DNA of 64,000 nucleotides from Yuukianura sp. NJ FZ-2021 (Eukaryota): NCBI GenBank assembly GCA_046563655.1, contig CM102287.1, positions 8,866,001 to 8,930,000 of the forward strand, read 5' to 3'. Shown piece by piece: positions 62,185 to 64,000 of this stretch (position 1 is its first letter; each line of letters starts with the position of its first letter). The notes under the pieces were generated by a model. It saw only the letters and a program-made list of their open reading frames with translations, ran no database searches and was not told where the DNA came from. The position numbers and the translations under genes were made by a program.

Positions 62185-62850
62185 ATGGCAAAAATATGTT
62201 TACTCTAATTATACTAAACTAAACTCCAAACTAATTCTAACCTAAAAAAATCTAAAAAAAAAACTAATGCAAAATGTTGGTTTTAATTAATTAATAAATA
62301 ATGAATTAATTACTTTAATTATGTTTTGGACGGTATGGTCACATGAGTCGTAGGTTTTGGAAGGAAACTCAAAAATGGAACGTCTTGGCCAATCATATTT
62401 GCCTCTTCAATTCTTTCTGGCAAACTACGATGTAGAGTTTCCGGTAACAAAGCGGGTCAACCATGACACTAAAGGCTGGATGCATATCCCACATACCCTA
62501 GTGTGAAAATTCAAAATTTCGAAATTTTGAAGGCAAATTTGCAGAAATTTTGGAAATGTTCACACAGTTTAGCCTTACCAACTAGACCACCGCAGACCAT
62601 AACCCCAAGACCGGAGTTCTAAAAATTAAGTAACTCATCAACTATCGCTTTGTTTTTTGAACATTTTGAAAAAATTTTTGGAATTTTTTTTTTTAAATTT
62701 ACCTTTGTCAATAGTTTCTACTGCAAATGAGTAAATGATGACGAAGATCATCGGGTATGCGGCAGTCAGAAACATTTCATAGACTAAATACAAAATGAAA
62801 GTTCCGGGAACCCAGAGACTAATGTACCGAAGAACAGAGAGAACGAAAAA

Positions 62851-64000
62851 CTGATATTAGATTTGTAACTAGAAAGTAAGATTTGTGATCTCTAGTCATC
62901 ATAATTTGTAGAATTTTTTAGTTTTTTACATTTTTAACTAAACCTGTGGAAGTTATTAGGTGATTGAATACGAGTTGACAAGTAAAGTTCTGAAATGTTT
63001 TTGAAAATTAAAAAAGTTATTTTCAGAATTTTGCCACGGCAACCGGAGTGACGTCAATAAGTTATTGATTATTTAACAAAATCGAAGAAACATCAGAATC
63101 GACACATTGCAATTCGAAATAAGTAAATCAAAAATATCGTTTGCTATGACTTGCTTTTTGAATTATTGTGTTCAAGAACTGCTTAAGTTCAGTACAAGTC
63201 AAACATTCCAAGTTTTCGAATTAAAAAAAAAATCAAAAATGAAGTTTTTTACACAACTACGATTTCTCATCTTTTGTTTGTCCATTTGGAGTGGTACTGT
63301 CACCGCACAAGAGGAAGAAGTAAACTTCCCTCCTGGACCAGCTGAAAACGACACGAAAATATTCAATTTCCACATTTTCCTGGAATCAACTCTGGGCGGA
63401 TTGTTAATTGTAAGAAATCAATGTTACCTATATGGATTCAAGCATTCTATACGTTTCAAAATTTCGGAAACCTTTTATTAAAAACCATTTTTTAAAGATT
63501 TCATTCAATTATTGTTTTAGGGTGGATCAACACTTCCGAAAGAAAAGCTGTTGGAGATACAGGATTATCAATTAGCACAACGACAAGGGGATGCCTACAT
63601 GTTCAACCATTTCAAGTACTTTATCAATTTGTACGGATTTGACCTAGCTCTACGCGGGAATGCTAACAATATTCCATATCTTCCGCTTCATCCTCGTCCA
63701 TTGGACAATCTTCGGAAACATTGCACAGTCCAGGAACACGGAGGGGACATAATGGAGGATTTTCTGGCTGGAGGTCTCACTGAAGAGCACTTGGTGGAAT
63801 ACCCTCCAGACATCATTCCTTGTACTCCAGCCGGGTACATGCCAGTACTTCTGTGAGTCCGATCATAAACCATAATTAAATAGCGAGAGCTACTTAATGC
63901 ATCGAGCTTGTTGGTCGGGCCGACAACAGTGCAACATCTCCGGGATCTGTTTTTACCGGTGAACACCATGTGACCCGCGTGTGTTCACTGTTAAATGTCA
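62851..64000 (+). repeat. Tandem segmental duplicate of ~58670-59850
   Basis: CTGATATTAGATTTGTAACTAGAAAGTAAGATTTGTGATCTCTAGTCAT occurs at 58670 and 62851, and collinear similarity continues through the promoter, exons 1-2 and intron 2. Confidence 0.9.
63239..64000 (+). CDS. Paralog of the 59055-62184 secreted protein (exons 1-2; continues beyond the window)
   Basis: IFCLSIWSGTVTAQ, GPAEN.TKI, QRQGDAY.FNH.KYFINL, LPLHPRPLDNL and DIIPCTP..YMPVL are shared; same intron positions. Confidence 0.75.

Overview
Gene-dense eukaryotic DNA: AT-rich, with many 55-90 bp GT-AG introns. The gene content is arthropod-like and is inferred, not proven, to be a springtail or other basal hexapod. In order: the 3' part of a separase N-terminal (Three-rows-like) gene that appears to end without the C50 protease domain; an orphan class A GPCR with about 19 kb of upstream non-coding DNA containing two tandem FMRFamide-receptor-like GPCRs; TXNDC11; a PI31/PSMF1 gene apparently lacking its FP domain; POLD2; an intronless gene resembling a LINE ORF1 RRM; FATP; a bacterial/fungal-type bestrophin (horizontal transfer candidate); carbonyl reductase; a perfect 60 x 11 bp tandem array; an intronless divergent ionotropic receptor; a secreted protein with two VMO-I domains and an aerolysin/lysenin-like module; a His/Gly/Pro-rich cuticle-type protein; and a tandemly duplicated Cys-rich secreted protein family. 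Several MITE- and Helentron-like elements lie in introns and intergenic DNA. The most striking item is the VMO-I protein. Its putative pore-forming hairpin has two Ser/Thr-rich arms of about 225 residues each, placed symmetrically around one amphipathic tip, which suggests an exceptionally long beta-barrel. All calls come from manual reading; exon boundaries are approximate and no database searches were run.
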